IMG/VR virus record: IMGVR_UViG_3300037264_006128
Span: 1 to 64,000 of that record
From: a virus
Strand: one strand, 5' to 3'
DNA length: 64,000 nucleotides
Each line of letters starts with the position of its first letter. Within the stretch, counting starts at the first letter, position 1. The notes below the pieces were generated by a model that did not search any database, had not been told where the DNA came from, and saw only the letters and a program-made list of their open reading frames with translations. This document shows positions 9,299 through 18,018 of this stretch, piece after piece. The translations under genes and the position numbers were made by a program.

Positions 9299-9394
9299 CT
9301 CCGGATTTCCGGGGGTATCGTCGCGTGCGGATCTGGAACCGCTACGCGCAGATCCAGTACCGCGACCTTTTGCAGACCCGCCCCCTTTTCCCCC

Positions 9395-9994
9395 CTAACC
9401 CCCCATATCCCCCACCCATATTATTTCTTTTTCTTCTCTTTCTTTTATAGCTTCTTCCTCAGAAGAAGAAGACTCTTCTACCCTACGCACGGGCGCGGGC
9501 GTAACAAGAGACGCGGGCGCGTATACACGCGATGAAACCCCCGGAAAAGGCGAGCCGTTTTTTGGGATTTCCTGCGCAGGGATTTCTGGGGGAGAAGCGC
9601 GGAGGGAAAGAGCGTCAGGTGAAGAGTTGCCGGCCGGGTTCAGGGGTGAGTTCGATGCCCACCAGGCCCCGACGGAGTTGCCGGCGGGCTGGCTGCGGCG
9701 GAGGATCCAGCCCCAGCCGACGATCCGGTAGCTGCCCAGAAACTCATCCACCACCGCCACAAACCCGTCTTCCACCAACCGGGCAAGAAGCGTCTTCGCA
9801 TCGAACAGGTCCTTCGGGAAGCACCGCATCTTGATCTCCGCCGCATCCCCGATGAACTGGCCCACTTCGCTGCACTCCGCCAACACAGCCAGGTAGAACG
9901 ACCTGGCGGGCGCCCCAGTTTGCTGTTCGATCTCCCACAGCCGGTGGCTGGAGAGCGCTGCGCGAATCACATCCGGGTGGAGCGGTTGAACCAT
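9395..9994 (-). CDS. N-terminal half of phage replication initiator (wHTH plus low-complexity linker)
   Basis: ARSFYLAVLAECSEVGQF...LARLVEDGFV wHTH-like region, then a Ser/Pro/Glu-rich linker. Confidence 0.65.
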   Translation of the reverse strand: MVQPLHPDVIRAALSSHRLWEIEQQTGAPARSFYLAVLAECSEVGQFIGDAAEIKMRCFPKDLFDAKTLLARLVEDGFVAVVDEFLGSYRIVGWGWILRRSQPAGNSVGAWWASNSPLNPAGNSSPDALSLRASPPEIPAQEIPKNGSPFPGVSSRVYAPASLVTPAPVRRVEESSSSEEEAIKEREEKEIIWVGDMGG

Positions 9995-10202
9995 GCCGTC
10001 CCCCAACTGCCACTGCCGTTCAACATCACGAATCTCCTTTCTTTTCAGTGCGTTGCCGAGCCCTTTTCCGCCATCTGCCGAAATCAAGCGGAACGCTTCA
10101 ACTACCACCAACAGCCCCCGGTTGCAATGTCGTTCGCAGGGCCTCAGCCGGCCGGGCGAGGCGCGAGGGTACGAGGGCCGCCGGCTGTGCAAGCTGGCGC
10201 GC

Positions 10203-10231
10203 TTGTGTTACGTGCGCGCTTGTGCCAGTAT
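10203..10231 (+). promoter_or_regulatory. rightward sigma70-like promoter of the early array
   Basis: TTGTGT-N17-CAGTAT with TG extension, in the divergent intergenic region. Confidence 0.45.
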
Positions 10232-10290
10232 GTGGTTGAAATGTGCGCCGAAACAACAACCCTCGCAGCAAGAAAAGAAAGGGCACTCCT

Positions 10291-10641
10291 ATGTTATGTA
10301 TAACTTGTGGAACCCCATTCACGCAGCGTCCCAAGCAACCGGGGTTGCGCGGGCAATGCTATGATTGCGGTCGCCTGGAAGAAAGGCGCCGGGGGGTCCG
10401 CCGAACCCTTGGGCTGCAAGGTGGGGAAGGGATTAGCAAGAGTGCGAACATAAGCATCTGGCGCAACCCAACGGCCAGACAGGCGAAGTTGGTGAAGGCT
10501 ATTAACAAGGCTCCCTTCCAGGCTAATTCCGGCATGTGGCTGGGTGGGGGTCGCGGTGGCAATGAAGAAGAAAAACCGCTCGCCGATTTGTTTCAAACGT
10601 TGGGAAAGATGGCGAGCCGAACAAAAGGAGGGAAGGCATGA
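10291..10641 (+). CDS. hypothetical Zn-ribbon protein
   Basis: CITC...CYDC; ATGA-coupled to the next gene. Confidence 0.6.
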   Translation: MLCITCGTPFTQRPKQPGLRGQCYDCGRLEERRRGVRRTLGLQGGEGISKSANISIWRNPTARQAKLVKAINKAPFQANSGMWLGGGRGGNEEEKPLADLFQTLGKMASRTKGGKA

Positions 10642-11120
10642 AGATCAGCGATGTGGCAGGCTTCGGGGACGCGGCAAAGGCACTGCGGCGGGAGCAGCGC
10701 AAGGCCAAGCGGCGGGAGCGGCGGCAATTGCTGGAATGGCACGCGGATCTGCGGAAGGAGGGGCGCGTGCGGGAGCAGCGGGCGCGGGAGGCCGGCATGA
10801 AAAGGGCGGTAGACACCGCCCTAGGACTGTTCGTGCCGGAAGGGGCAGAGGCCGATGCGGGGCTGCTGGTGCGGGACCGATCGCACATCACGGTGAACGA
10901 GAGGGGGAAGCCGGTTACGTTCGAAAGGGTGGTGATCCGCTGCGCGCAGGTGGAAGGACTGCTGGCGCAGTTCAAGCCGGCGACCACCCGCAAGCTGGCG
11001 AACGTGGTGATCCCGCGCGACGCAATCCCGAAAGGGTGGCTGGACATGCGGGCCCTGACCTACACCAGCCAACTGCTGCGGGAACGTGGGGCGAGTAACT
11101 TCAAAGTGTCGATCGCGTGA
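10638..11120 (+). CDS. hypothetical protein
   Basis: GGAGGG RBS. Confidence 0.7.
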   Translation: MKISDVAGFGDAAKALRREQRKAKRRERRQLLEWHADLRKEGRVREQRAREAGMKRAVDTALGLFVPEGAEADAGLLVRDRSHITVNERGKPVTFERVVIRCAQVEGLLAQFKPATTRKLANVVIPRDAIPKGWLDMRALTYTSQLLRERGASNFKVSIA

Positions 11121-11142
11121 AGGGATCGGAAGGAGGACAACG

Positions 11143-11403
11143 ATGTGGGTGCAATGGGAATGTGGATGCGACGGGGTGATCCTGGCGAATGGGGACACGT
11201 TGGTGCTGTATCCGTGTGACCGGCAAGACGATGCCCCGCCATTCGCCCTCGGCGTGCGTTGTTGTGGCGGAATATCCGCCAAGGCGCACAGAGAGCTTTC
11301 AGACAACGAACGCACCGCTCTGTTGCATGCGATCAACGCCGTACTCAGCCGCGGGAGTCGCATGGCCAACTGGCCGCACACGAACAAGGAGGAGAAAGCA
11401 TGA
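11143..11403 (+). CDS. hypothetical protein
   Basis: AGGAGG RBS. Confidence 0.7.
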   Translation: MWVQWECGCDGVILANGDTLVLYPCDRQDDAPPFALGVRCCGGISAKAHRELSDNERTALLHAINAVLSRGSRMANWPHTNKEEKA

Positions 11404-11876
11404 CGCAGCAATTCATCGAACGCGAAGGGACCGGTACCGTGGTGTACTGGGGGGACCTTCCCCCACCGGATCAACAAGCCCTGATCGTCCTGCTACGTCT
11501 TGACGAAAACGGCGACGCCCCGGCGTTGATCGGATACTGGCCGGATCGCGACAGCGTCCACCAGAGGGCAGAATGGGACGAGTGCTACGAGCCGCTGATT
11601 CCGTTCACGCTGGAAATCCTGCGGGAAGACCAGTCGGAAGGGGTCTTCCGCCGCTTGATGCTGGTGCCGGAGTGGCCGCCGATTCCGTGCGACCCAGATA
11701 CGGGTAAGCCGCGGGAGCGCTCCGCCCGGGAACTGCGCCGCCAGTACCTGGCAACCTCGCCACGGCTTCTGGGCGCCGCGACCCCGATCACGCTGATGCC
11801 TGGGGTGGACCCGGATAAACTGGGGGAAGAATGCGACAAGTGGGACCGGCATCTGAACGAGCCGGAAGCGGAGTGA
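11400..11876 (+). CDS. hypothetical protein
   Basis: GGAGGAG RBS, ATGA overlap. Confidence 0.7.
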   Translation: MTQQFIEREGTGTVVYWGDLPPPDQQALIVLLRLDENGDAPALIGYWPDRDSVHQRAEWDECYEPLIPFTLEILREDQSEGVFRRLMLVPEWPPIPCDPDTGKPRERSARELRRQYLATSPRLLGAATPITLMPGVDPDKLGEECDKWDRHLNEPEAE

Positions 11877-11909
11877 GTGCGGAGCCAAGGAGCGCCCGAA
11901 GAAGTAGCC

Positions 11910-11935
11910 AGTACGTCGCGTACCGAACCTTACTG
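11910..11935 (+). repeat. AGTACG-N13-CTTACTG site
   Basis: intergenic, ends 27 nt before ATG 11963. Confidence 0.85.
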
Positions 11936-11962
11936 CGGAGAAACGGGAAAAGGAGGAACGAA

Positions 11963-12196
11963 ATGGGGAACATCATCATGCGGGACAAGCTGTTGGATTT
12001 CCTTGTGGCAGTGCAGGCAGACGAGGATTTCGGCGGCCGACCCAAGGTGGGCGGATCGATCACCTCGTTCATGGGTGCCGGGGATGAATTCTTGATCGGG
12101 GACGATGCCTACTACCTGAAGGACGGGGAACCGCACAATCTGGCCGCGGAGCTGAACGCGACCGAGCGTGGCTTGGAAATCGTGGTGATCGGCTGA
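11963..12196 (+). CDS. hypothetical protein
   Basis: AGGAGG RBS. Confidence 0.7.
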   Translation: MGNIIMRDKLLDFLVAVQADEDFGGRPKVGGSITSFMGAGDEFLIGDDAYYLKDGEPHNLAAELNATERGLEIVVIG

Positions 12197-12209
12197 AGGG
12201 AGAAGCACA

Positions 12210-12416
12210 ATGCCAAACGAGAACTGCCTTGCCGGGATGGTGTGCCCGGCCTGTGGCTCCGAAGAGCCCTTCCTCATCGCATGCACATCGTCGTTCTACG
12301 TACACGACAACGGCGCAGAGGAGCACGAAGATGTGGAATGGGCAGACGACAGCGGCTGCTACTGCGTTGTCTGCGGCCACAAGGGGACCGTGAAGAGCTT
12401 CACGATAACGACCTGA
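12210..12416 (+). CDS. small phage Zn-ribbon protein
   Basis: CPAC...W.DDS.C.CVVC. Confidence 0.75.
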   Translation: MPNENCLAGMVCPACGSEEPFLIACTSSFYVHDNGAEEHEDVEWADDSGCYCVVCGHKGTVKSFTITT

Positions 12417-12428
12417 AAGGAGGATCCA

Positions 12429-12986
12429 ATGGCGAAAGTGCAAGTAGAGTACTGCGGCATGCCGGGGGAAGGAAAGACGCTGACGGCCGCGAAACAGGAC
12501 GCAGCGCGGAAGGCAGAAGATGCCCTCAAAGGAGATTACACGCCAACCCTGCTGTGCGTTGGCGACCAGATGGGGTTGCTGTTCCGAACCCCACAGGGGT
12601 GGTTTGGGGAGCGGATTACTGGCTACAAAAGTGGCCTCATCTACGGGTCATCGTACGGCCTAGACCAACAAGCCGCCCGCATCCGGTTCTCGTACAATCT
12701 TGCCCAGCTTGCCTGGACCCCAGAATTCATTTCCAGATACTTCGGGGGCTCCGATGACGACTTCATCAAATACGCCATCGGGGAAGGCAAGGACAAGGAA
12801 AGCCGCCAATCCGCCAGCGAGTTACGTTCATGGATCAAGTGGCAGAGGGGCTATCGGGAACTTCGCGCACGGGGGATCAGTGAGAACGGGGCGCACAACA
12901 TCGTGAGCGGCAACGAGCATCTGGCCAGCCAGGAAGACCGCGAACTTTTGGTTGGCTGGGCAGAGGGGGAATCTGCGAATGGGTAA
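12429..12986 (+). CDS. hypothetical protein
   Basis: AGGAGG RBS. Confidence 0.75.
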   Translation: MAKVQVEYCGMPGEGKTLTAAKQDAARKAEDALKGDYTPTLLCVGDQMGLLFRTPQGWFGERITGYKSGLIYGSSYGLDQQAARIRFSYNLAQLAWTPEFISRYFGGSDDDFIKYAIGEGKDKESRQSASELRSWIKWQRGYRELRARGISENGAHNIVSGNEHLASQEDRELLVGWAEGESANG

Positions 12987-13665
12987 CCAGATTCGATCGG
13001 AAGACGCGGCGGAATATCCTTCAGAGAGCCGCAAGTCCCCAGATGGACCAGTGGCGAATCCCTCCACGCGCGAACGAACGTACATCGACCTGTTATCGGA
13101 GGTGCTGGGGGTAAACCGGGACGTAGCAGCGCAGGTGCTGGTTACCGCCGGCGGTAAGCTGCGGGAGTTGGGGAAAGTGACCCACAATGAGTTAGTTGGC
13201 GCCGGGGTGGTGGCCAGGAAGCGCCAAGAGCGGTTCCGGGCCTTGATTGCATTTGCCTTGTCCTATGGGGAGGAACCATGGGAGGTGGGTGCCCCGTTCC
13301 GCGGCAGCTACGATGTGTACGCACACTTCCGCGAGCGCCTGGCGGCCGAGCCGCGAGAGCACTTTTACGCGGTTCTCCTGGACAACAAGAACCGCAAGCT
13401 GAAGGAGGTGTGCGTTTCAGTGGGAACGCTAACCGGGTCGCTGGTGGTACCGCGGGACGTGTACCTGCCGGCAATCAGGGAGTCCGCCGCCGCGGTGATC
13501 TTCGTGCATAACCATCCCAGCGGCGACCCAACCCCATCGAAGGAAGACATCGACATCACCCGCCGGCTGCGGGAAGTGGGGGACCTGATCGGGATTCGCG
13601 TGTTGGATCACGTGATCATCGGACAGGGCAGGTACGTGAGCTTCGTGGACGATGGGTACTGGTGA
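12979..13665 (+). CDS. radC: RadC-family JAB/MPN domain protein with N-terminal HhH
   Basis: E...LLDNKN...HNHPSGDPTPSKED...LDHVIIG. Confidence 0.92.
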   Translation: MGNQIRSEDAAEYPSESRKSPDGPVANPSTRERTYIDLLSEVLGVNRDVAAQVLVTAGGKLRELGKVTHNELVGAGVVARKRQERFRALIAFALSYGEEPWEVGAPFRGSYDVYAHFRERLAAEPREHFYAVLLDNKNRKLKEVCVSVGTLTGSLVVPRDVYLPAIRESAAAVIFVHNHPSGDPTPSKEDIDITRRLREVGDLIGIRVLDHVIIGQGRYVSFVDDGYW

Positions 13666-13685
13666 GCGAAGGAAAGGAGGCAACG

Positions 13686-14012
13686 ATGGGAGCATGTGAT
13701 TTTACGGTGAAGGTGAAAGCAAAGGACGCAAGGGACGCCTTCAACAAGGCGGTGGGGGATGCGCAGTGGGAGCATGGGCACGGCGGATACACGGGGACAA
13801 TCGCAGAGAAAAGCGAATATCAAGCCTTCGAAATGCCTGCCGGCATGGACACCGAAACACTGCTCCAGCACGCCCTGTACGGGAACCCAGTGAAAACAGA
13901 TCCACCGGCGGTCTTTCGGATGGCTGAGTTGGCAAACGACAAGTGGGGGCCGGCCGTCTGCGTGAAGGTGGCCGAAGGGACGTTCTTGTTCTTTGGCATG
14001 GCGAGCAGCTGA
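13686..14012 (+). CDS. conserved phage hypothetical protein (GHGGYTGTIAEK motif)
   Basis: AGGAGG RBS. Confidence 0.75.
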   Translation: MGACDFTVKVKAKDARDAFNKAVGDAQWEHGHGGYTGTIAEKSEYQAFEMPAGMDTETLLQHALYGNPVKTDPPAVFRMAELANDKWGPAVCVKVAEGTFLFFGMASS

Positions 14013-14025
14013 AAGGAGGCAAAGG

Positions 14026-14472
14026 ATGGCAGACTACTACCAGAAGTTCTCGGTGATCGTTGAATGCGGGAGCCCCGCGGCGGCGTTGGATTTGCTGACG
14101 CGGATCAAGGACATCGAAAAGGAAGGGGAAGAAGACGAAAACTTCGACAATCCCGATCTGCACCTGGGGATAGAGCATGCCGAACTGGAGGGCGTCGTAC
14201 CAGACGGCACATCCGTTTGGCTGGCCTCTTCAGAAGGCCCGAACCTGGACGGCATAGCCCACATGCTTGCAGAGTGGCAATCGGCCAACGCGATCGACGA
14301 GCCGATCGTTCTGGAATGGTCAAACGACTGCTCGACGCCGCGCACGGATGCCTACGGAGGAGGGGCCTTTGTGATCTGGCATGGCTGCGTGGCGGGGGAG
14401 GACACCTACACAGTTGCGAAAAGGCTCATCCAGCAGATGAAGGAAGACCACGGATTCGAAGGAGGTGACTAA
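14026..14472 (+). CDS. conserved phage hypothetical protein (acidic, DAYGGGA motif)
   Basis: AGGAGG RBS. Confidence 0.75.
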   Translation: MADYYQKFSVIVECGSPAAALDLLTRIKDIEKEGEEDENFDNPDLHLGIEHAELEGVVPDGTSVWLASSEGPNLDGIAHMLAEWQSANAIDEPIVLEWSNDCSTPRTDAYGGGAFVIWHGCVAGEDTYTVAKRLIQQMKEDHGFEGGD

Positions 14473-14688
14473 ATGCCAAAGTTCCGCGTGACGGAAAAGA
14501 GCGAGAACTACAAGGTCTACCACGTGAAGGCCAAGACGTGGCAGGAGGCGAAGCGGCTGGTTGAAGACGCGGAATCAGACGACCAGCTTTACTGCTTCAG
14601 TGAGGAAACAGACCACAGGGAGGTAGTGTTCGTTGATTCCTTGGACGACGACGATCCGCGCAATTCGCGAACGTACTTCGAGAAGTGA
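14473..14688 (+). CDS. small acidic hypothetical protein
   Basis: GGAGGTG RBS. Confidence 0.7.
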   Translation: MPKFRVTEKSENYKVYHVKAKTWQEAKRLVEDAESDDQLYCFSEETDHREVVFVDSLDDDDPRNSRTYFEK

Positions 14689-14701
14689 AAGGAGAAACGG
14701 C

Positions 14702-15115
14702 ATGGCAACGGCAGTAGAGGAAATCGCCAGCGCGCTGGACACGCTGCGCCGCGGCGAGAAGCAGGGCAAGAGCGGATGGGTGGCAAGCGCAAACTTCCGG
14801 CTGAAGAATCTGGAACGCGACTGTCTGCAACCTGGAGGGCAGATTGAGTGCGTGGAGCTTTCGGGAAAGTCAGAACCGGACAAGATCAAGATCGCTGCCA
14901 CCTTCCGACACCTGAATGACAACGGCGATACTATCCGGCGAACAGACCACTGGATTGTGGTGACACCAACATTCGTATGCGGGCCGGTCGATGTTAGGCT
15001 AGGCGGATCGCCGCTCGACTATCGCGGGCGAACCGACTTGAACGACGGCTGGGAAGAGATCCTCACCTGCAGCATTCGCCAGTGTCTGCTGCAAAAGGTT
15101 AAAGGAGAAAGATGA
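14702..15115 (+). CDS. hypothetical protein
   Basis: AAGGAG RBS. Confidence 0.7.
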   Translation: MATAVEEIASALDTLRRGEKQGKSGWVASANFRLKNLERDCLQPGGQIECVELSGKSEPDKIKIAATFRHLNDNGDTIRRTDHWIVVTPTFVCGPVDVRLGGSPLDYRGRTDLNDGWEEILTCSIRQCLLQKVKGER

Positions 15116-15315
15116 TGAAAGTAAGCCTGCTTGTGGTGGCGGAGATCGAAATCGACACCGCCAACCTGGACGATCCGCTGGACCCAGTGGACCAGATGGC
15201 GGAAGCAATGCTGCGGTTTGATGCGTTTCGGGAGGCGGTACTTCCGACTGAGAACTACGGGGTGACGCTGTACATGCCAGGGTCGAAGGACCTAGAAGTG
15301 AAGAGCAGCTACTAG
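15112..15315 (+). CDS. hypothetical protein
   Basis: AAGGAG RBS, ATGA overlap. Confidence 0.65.
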   Translation: MMKVSLLVVAEIEIDTANLDDPLDPVDQMAEAMLRFDAFREAVLPTENYGVTLYMPGSKDLEVKSSY

Positions 15316-15365
15316 CCGCCGAAGGGGAACTGAGTGAGCGCGGAGCAAAGGAGCGCAGGGAAGGC

Positions 15366-15391
15366 AGTACGACAGCCACACAACCTTACTG
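15366..15391 (+). repeat. AGTACG-N13-CTTACTG site
   Basis: intergenic, directly before the RBS of 15411. Confidence 0.85.
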
Positions 15392-15410
15392 AGCGAAAAG
15401 GAGGAAAACG

Positions 15411-15836
15411 ATGGGATACTGCATGAGACAACGGGACTGCCGGTTCTTCGTCAAGGCGGAGAATAAACCAGCTGCCCTTGCCGCGATCAAAGCGCTGGCC
15501 GGCAAGGAGACAATCCACGACGGAGTGAACCAACAGAACCACCACTTCTCATGGGTTACCACAAGCAAATTCCTGGAAGCCGACTCGCTAGAAGAAGCGA
15601 TGGGGGCATGGCGGTGGACTGCATACGAAGACCCAAATGGGAACATCGACAGCATCGCCTTCGAAGGAGAAAAGGCGGGCGATGACACCGTTCTGTTTGA
15701 AGCTATCGCCCCGTTCGTAGAGCACGGATCGTACATTATGATGGAAGGCGAGGACGGGTACATCTGGCGGTGGATGTTCACGGATGGCGCGGTAGAGGAA
15801 GAAGAAGGGCCCATCACCTTCCCCCACGATGCATAG
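15411..15836 (+). CDS. conserved phage hypothetical protein
   Basis: GEK.GDD..LF.AIAPFVE.GSYI...GEDG..WRW motif; GGAGG RBS. Confidence 0.8.
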   Translation: MGYCMRQRDCRFFVKAENKPAALAAIKALAGKETIHDGVNQQNHHFSWVTTSKFLEADSLEEAMGAWRWTAYEDPNGNIDSIAFEGEKAGDDTVLFEAIAPFVEHGSYIMMEGEDGYIWRWMFTDGAVEEEEGPITFPHDA

Positions 15837-15860
15837 TACGACACCTACGAAGCCTTACCG
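15835..15860 (+). repeat. AGTACG-N13-CTTACCG site
   Basis: overlaps the stop codon of 15411-15836. Confidence 0.8.
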
Positions 15861-15886
15861 GAGGAACGAGGGCAAAGCGGCTGGGC

Positions 15887-15915
15887 TTGCGTTGTTTTGC
15901 GTGTTTTGATACTTT
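15887..15915 (+). promoter_or_regulatory. sigma70 promoter
   Basis: TTGCGT-N17-TACTTT with TG extension. Confidence 0.65.
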
Positions 15916-15953
15916 GCAAGTGAACTTGCGAAACGAAAGGAAAGGAGGTGCCG

Positions 15954-16223
15954 ATGGCTTGTGGGAAGAGGAAGTTTCAGAAGGGCGGACCGTTCCGCAC
16001 GCTGGACGAATTGAATGACTGGCTCCTGGATTGGCGCTGGGTCTACTGGCACAATGTGCCGAAGCACCCCGCGATCATCCGGAATATGTCGTTTTCGAGC
16101 GTGTACCGGGCCATGATGCTCTCAACGTTGTGCCGCGCCGAGCTTACGGAATTCGGCATACAGCAGGAAGCTGAAAAGAGGATCGATATCGTAGCGGTAT
16201 TTCAATCGGCAGAGGAACCTTGA
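15954..16223 (+). CDS. hypothetical protein
   Basis: GGAGGTG RBS. Confidence 0.7.
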   Translation: MACGKRKFQKGGPFRTLDELNDWLLDWRWVYWHNVPKHPAIIRNMSFSSVYRAMMLSTLCRAELTEFGIQQEAEKRIDIVAVFQSAEEP

Positions 16224-16225
16224 AG

Positions 16226-16645
16226 ATGACCACCCCGCCATTCTCCCGTACCAAATGCAGTTGCCCAGACTGCCAAGACTGTTGCCGGCGCGGGAGCGGC
16301 CCACTTCTACCTGGCGATGCGGAACGGATCGAGCAGTACACTGGGAAGCCAGCGCCGACCAAGGCCGGGACCGGAACGGTTATCGGGCGGCGGGACGAAT
16401 GCGGGGACCTGTTGATCCTGCGGATTCCATCCGTGGTGTTGCAGACAGCGCCTTCTGGCGGGTGCGTGTTCTATGCGGCAGAGGAAGGGTTGTGCGCGAT
16501 CCATGAGGTTGCGCCGTGGGGATGTGCGTACTTCGACACGCACATGGATCGGGACGAAGCGGACGATCGGGTGCGGTGGTACGTGAGCCAGATGCTGGGG
16601 GAACCGTGGCGAAGGAAACCGAAAGAAAAGGAGGTGAACGAATGA
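16226..16645 (+). CDS. YkgJ/FliB-like CxxCxxCC Zn/Fe-S protein
   Basis: CSCPDCQDCC...CVFY...CAIH..AP.GC..F. Confidence 0.75.
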   Translation: MTTPPFSRTKCSCPDCQDCCRRGSGPLLPGDAERIEQYTGKPAPTKAGTGTVIGRRDECGDLLILRIPSVVLQTAPSGGCVFYAAEEGLCAIHEVAPWGCAYFDTHMDRDEADDRVRWYVSQMLGEPWRRKPKEKEVNE

Positions 16646-17250
16646 AGAACTTCAAGTTCCTGACGGGAGACGTGAACTGGAAGGACTATGGCGGCAAGTG
16701 GTACCGAGAGGCCTTGCCGGGGATCTACCACGTGATCGAGCTGACCGACATGCCGGATGCGTGCGGGTGGGACGCAACCTGTACGTACGACGTTATGCTG
16801 AAGGTGGTAGACCTACATGAAGTCAACGGGAAGATGATCGAAGACGCCTTCCGATCTTACGGGATTGATCGGGAGGCGCTTGCCGATGCCCATTCCGATT
16901 CGCCGGAATGGTGGCAGGTGCGGGACCAGCTTGTTCTGGTGGAGGCCATGTGCGGCCACGGGCTGTACGCCCCGATGGGGAGTTGGGATGGGAATGCGTA
17001 CAAACCGCTGTTGGCGGCGGCGAGACAGAGAAGCCACGAACTGGAAGATGAAGATACCTATGAAGAGGCGATGGAGCGGCCGGTGAACCGGATAGGGAGC
17101 ACTGCGTTTGAGTGCATGCGGGGGGACATGATTTCGGCCATTGCGCGCGGGCTTGAACCCGGGCGCCCGCGGAACCAAGAGGCCCGGATCATGGCGAAAA
17201 TGATGGGGGCGAAAGAGGCGGATCTCCCGCCGAAAGAGGATCGGCCATGA
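16642..17250 (+). CDS. hypothetical protein
   Basis: GGAGGTG RBS. Confidence 0.75.
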   Translation: MKNFKFLTGDVNWKDYGGKWYREALPGIYHVIELTDMPDACGWDATCTYDVMLKVVDLHEVNGKMIEDAFRSYGIDREALADAHSDSPEWWQVRDQLVLVEAMCGHGLYAPMGSWDGNAYKPLLAAARQRSHELEDEDTYEEAMERPVNRIGSTAFECMRGDMISAIARGLEPGRPRNQEARIMAKMMGAKEADLPPKEDRP

Positions 17251-17477
17251 AGTGCCAGGTGTGCGGCAGAGAAATGGAACCGTGCAAGCCGCCGTGGGTC
17301 GCCAGCCGGCTGAAGGACGTATTCAACTACTTCTGGTGCATTGCATGCTGGCATCTTCGGAGCGAACTGAAACCGAGCGAACCGCACCAGGTGATCGCGG
17401 AGGCATATCCGCAGGAGCCGTGGTGCGCGTGCTGCAACCGGCCGCAGAGCCGGTGCCTGAAAGGAGGTGAGGTATGA
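17247..17477 (+). CDS. small Cys-rich Zn-binding protein
   Basis: ATGA overlaps at both ends. Confidence 0.65.
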   Translation: MKCQVCGREMEPCKPPWVASRLKDVFNYFWCIACWHLRSELKPSEPHQVIAEAYPQEPWCACCNRPQSRCLKGGEV

Positions 17478-18001
17478 AGATCGAGAACGTGAAGGTTGCG
17501 CTCCTGGAAGATTCAGATTCCGACACTAGCTTCTTAGGGGAATTCACGGACGATTTCGAGCCCGGTGTGATGTTGGCCTCCACGTGGGATTTCCCGCGGT
17601 ACCACTTCGGGGAGCCGCAGGGGATCCCGGAGCGGGGGCGGCACTATCGCTTCTTCAAGCCGTACGCGGGCGGGGAGAAACCAGGGAGCCGACTGTACCG
17701 CAAGTACGCCAAGCAGGACGCGGAGCGCATGCGGGGGTTGTGCAATAACCTCTGGGCCTTCGTGGGCGTGCAGGCGACCGCCACCGTATCGTACCCGATC
17801 GGGAATGGGAGTGCCCGGCTGGAGACACTTCGCAGTGGCGGGTTGTGGGGTATCGAGTCGGATGCTGGGTCCTACCTGAAGGAAGTGGCCCAGGAGGAAC
17901 TGGCCGATCTGCGCGGGCACCTGGAGCACTTCGGGATCAAGGCCCGGGACGAAGCCTGGGAAGCGCTGAAGGAACGGGCGTTAGAGAAAGCGGACTTTTG
18001 A
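17474..18001 (+). CDS. conserved phage hypothetical protein (GLWGIESD motif)
   Basis: GAGGT RBS. Confidence 0.75.
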   Translation: MKIENVKVALLEDSDSDTSFLGEFTDDFEPGVMLASTWDFPRYHFGEPQGIPERGRHYRFFKPYAGGEKPGSRLYRKYAKQDAERMRGLCNNLWAFVGVQATATVSYPIGNGSARLETLRSGGLWGIESDAGSYLKEVAQEELADLRGHLEHFGIKARDEAWEALKERALEKADF

Positions 18002-18018
18002 CGGAAAGGAGAGAACCG

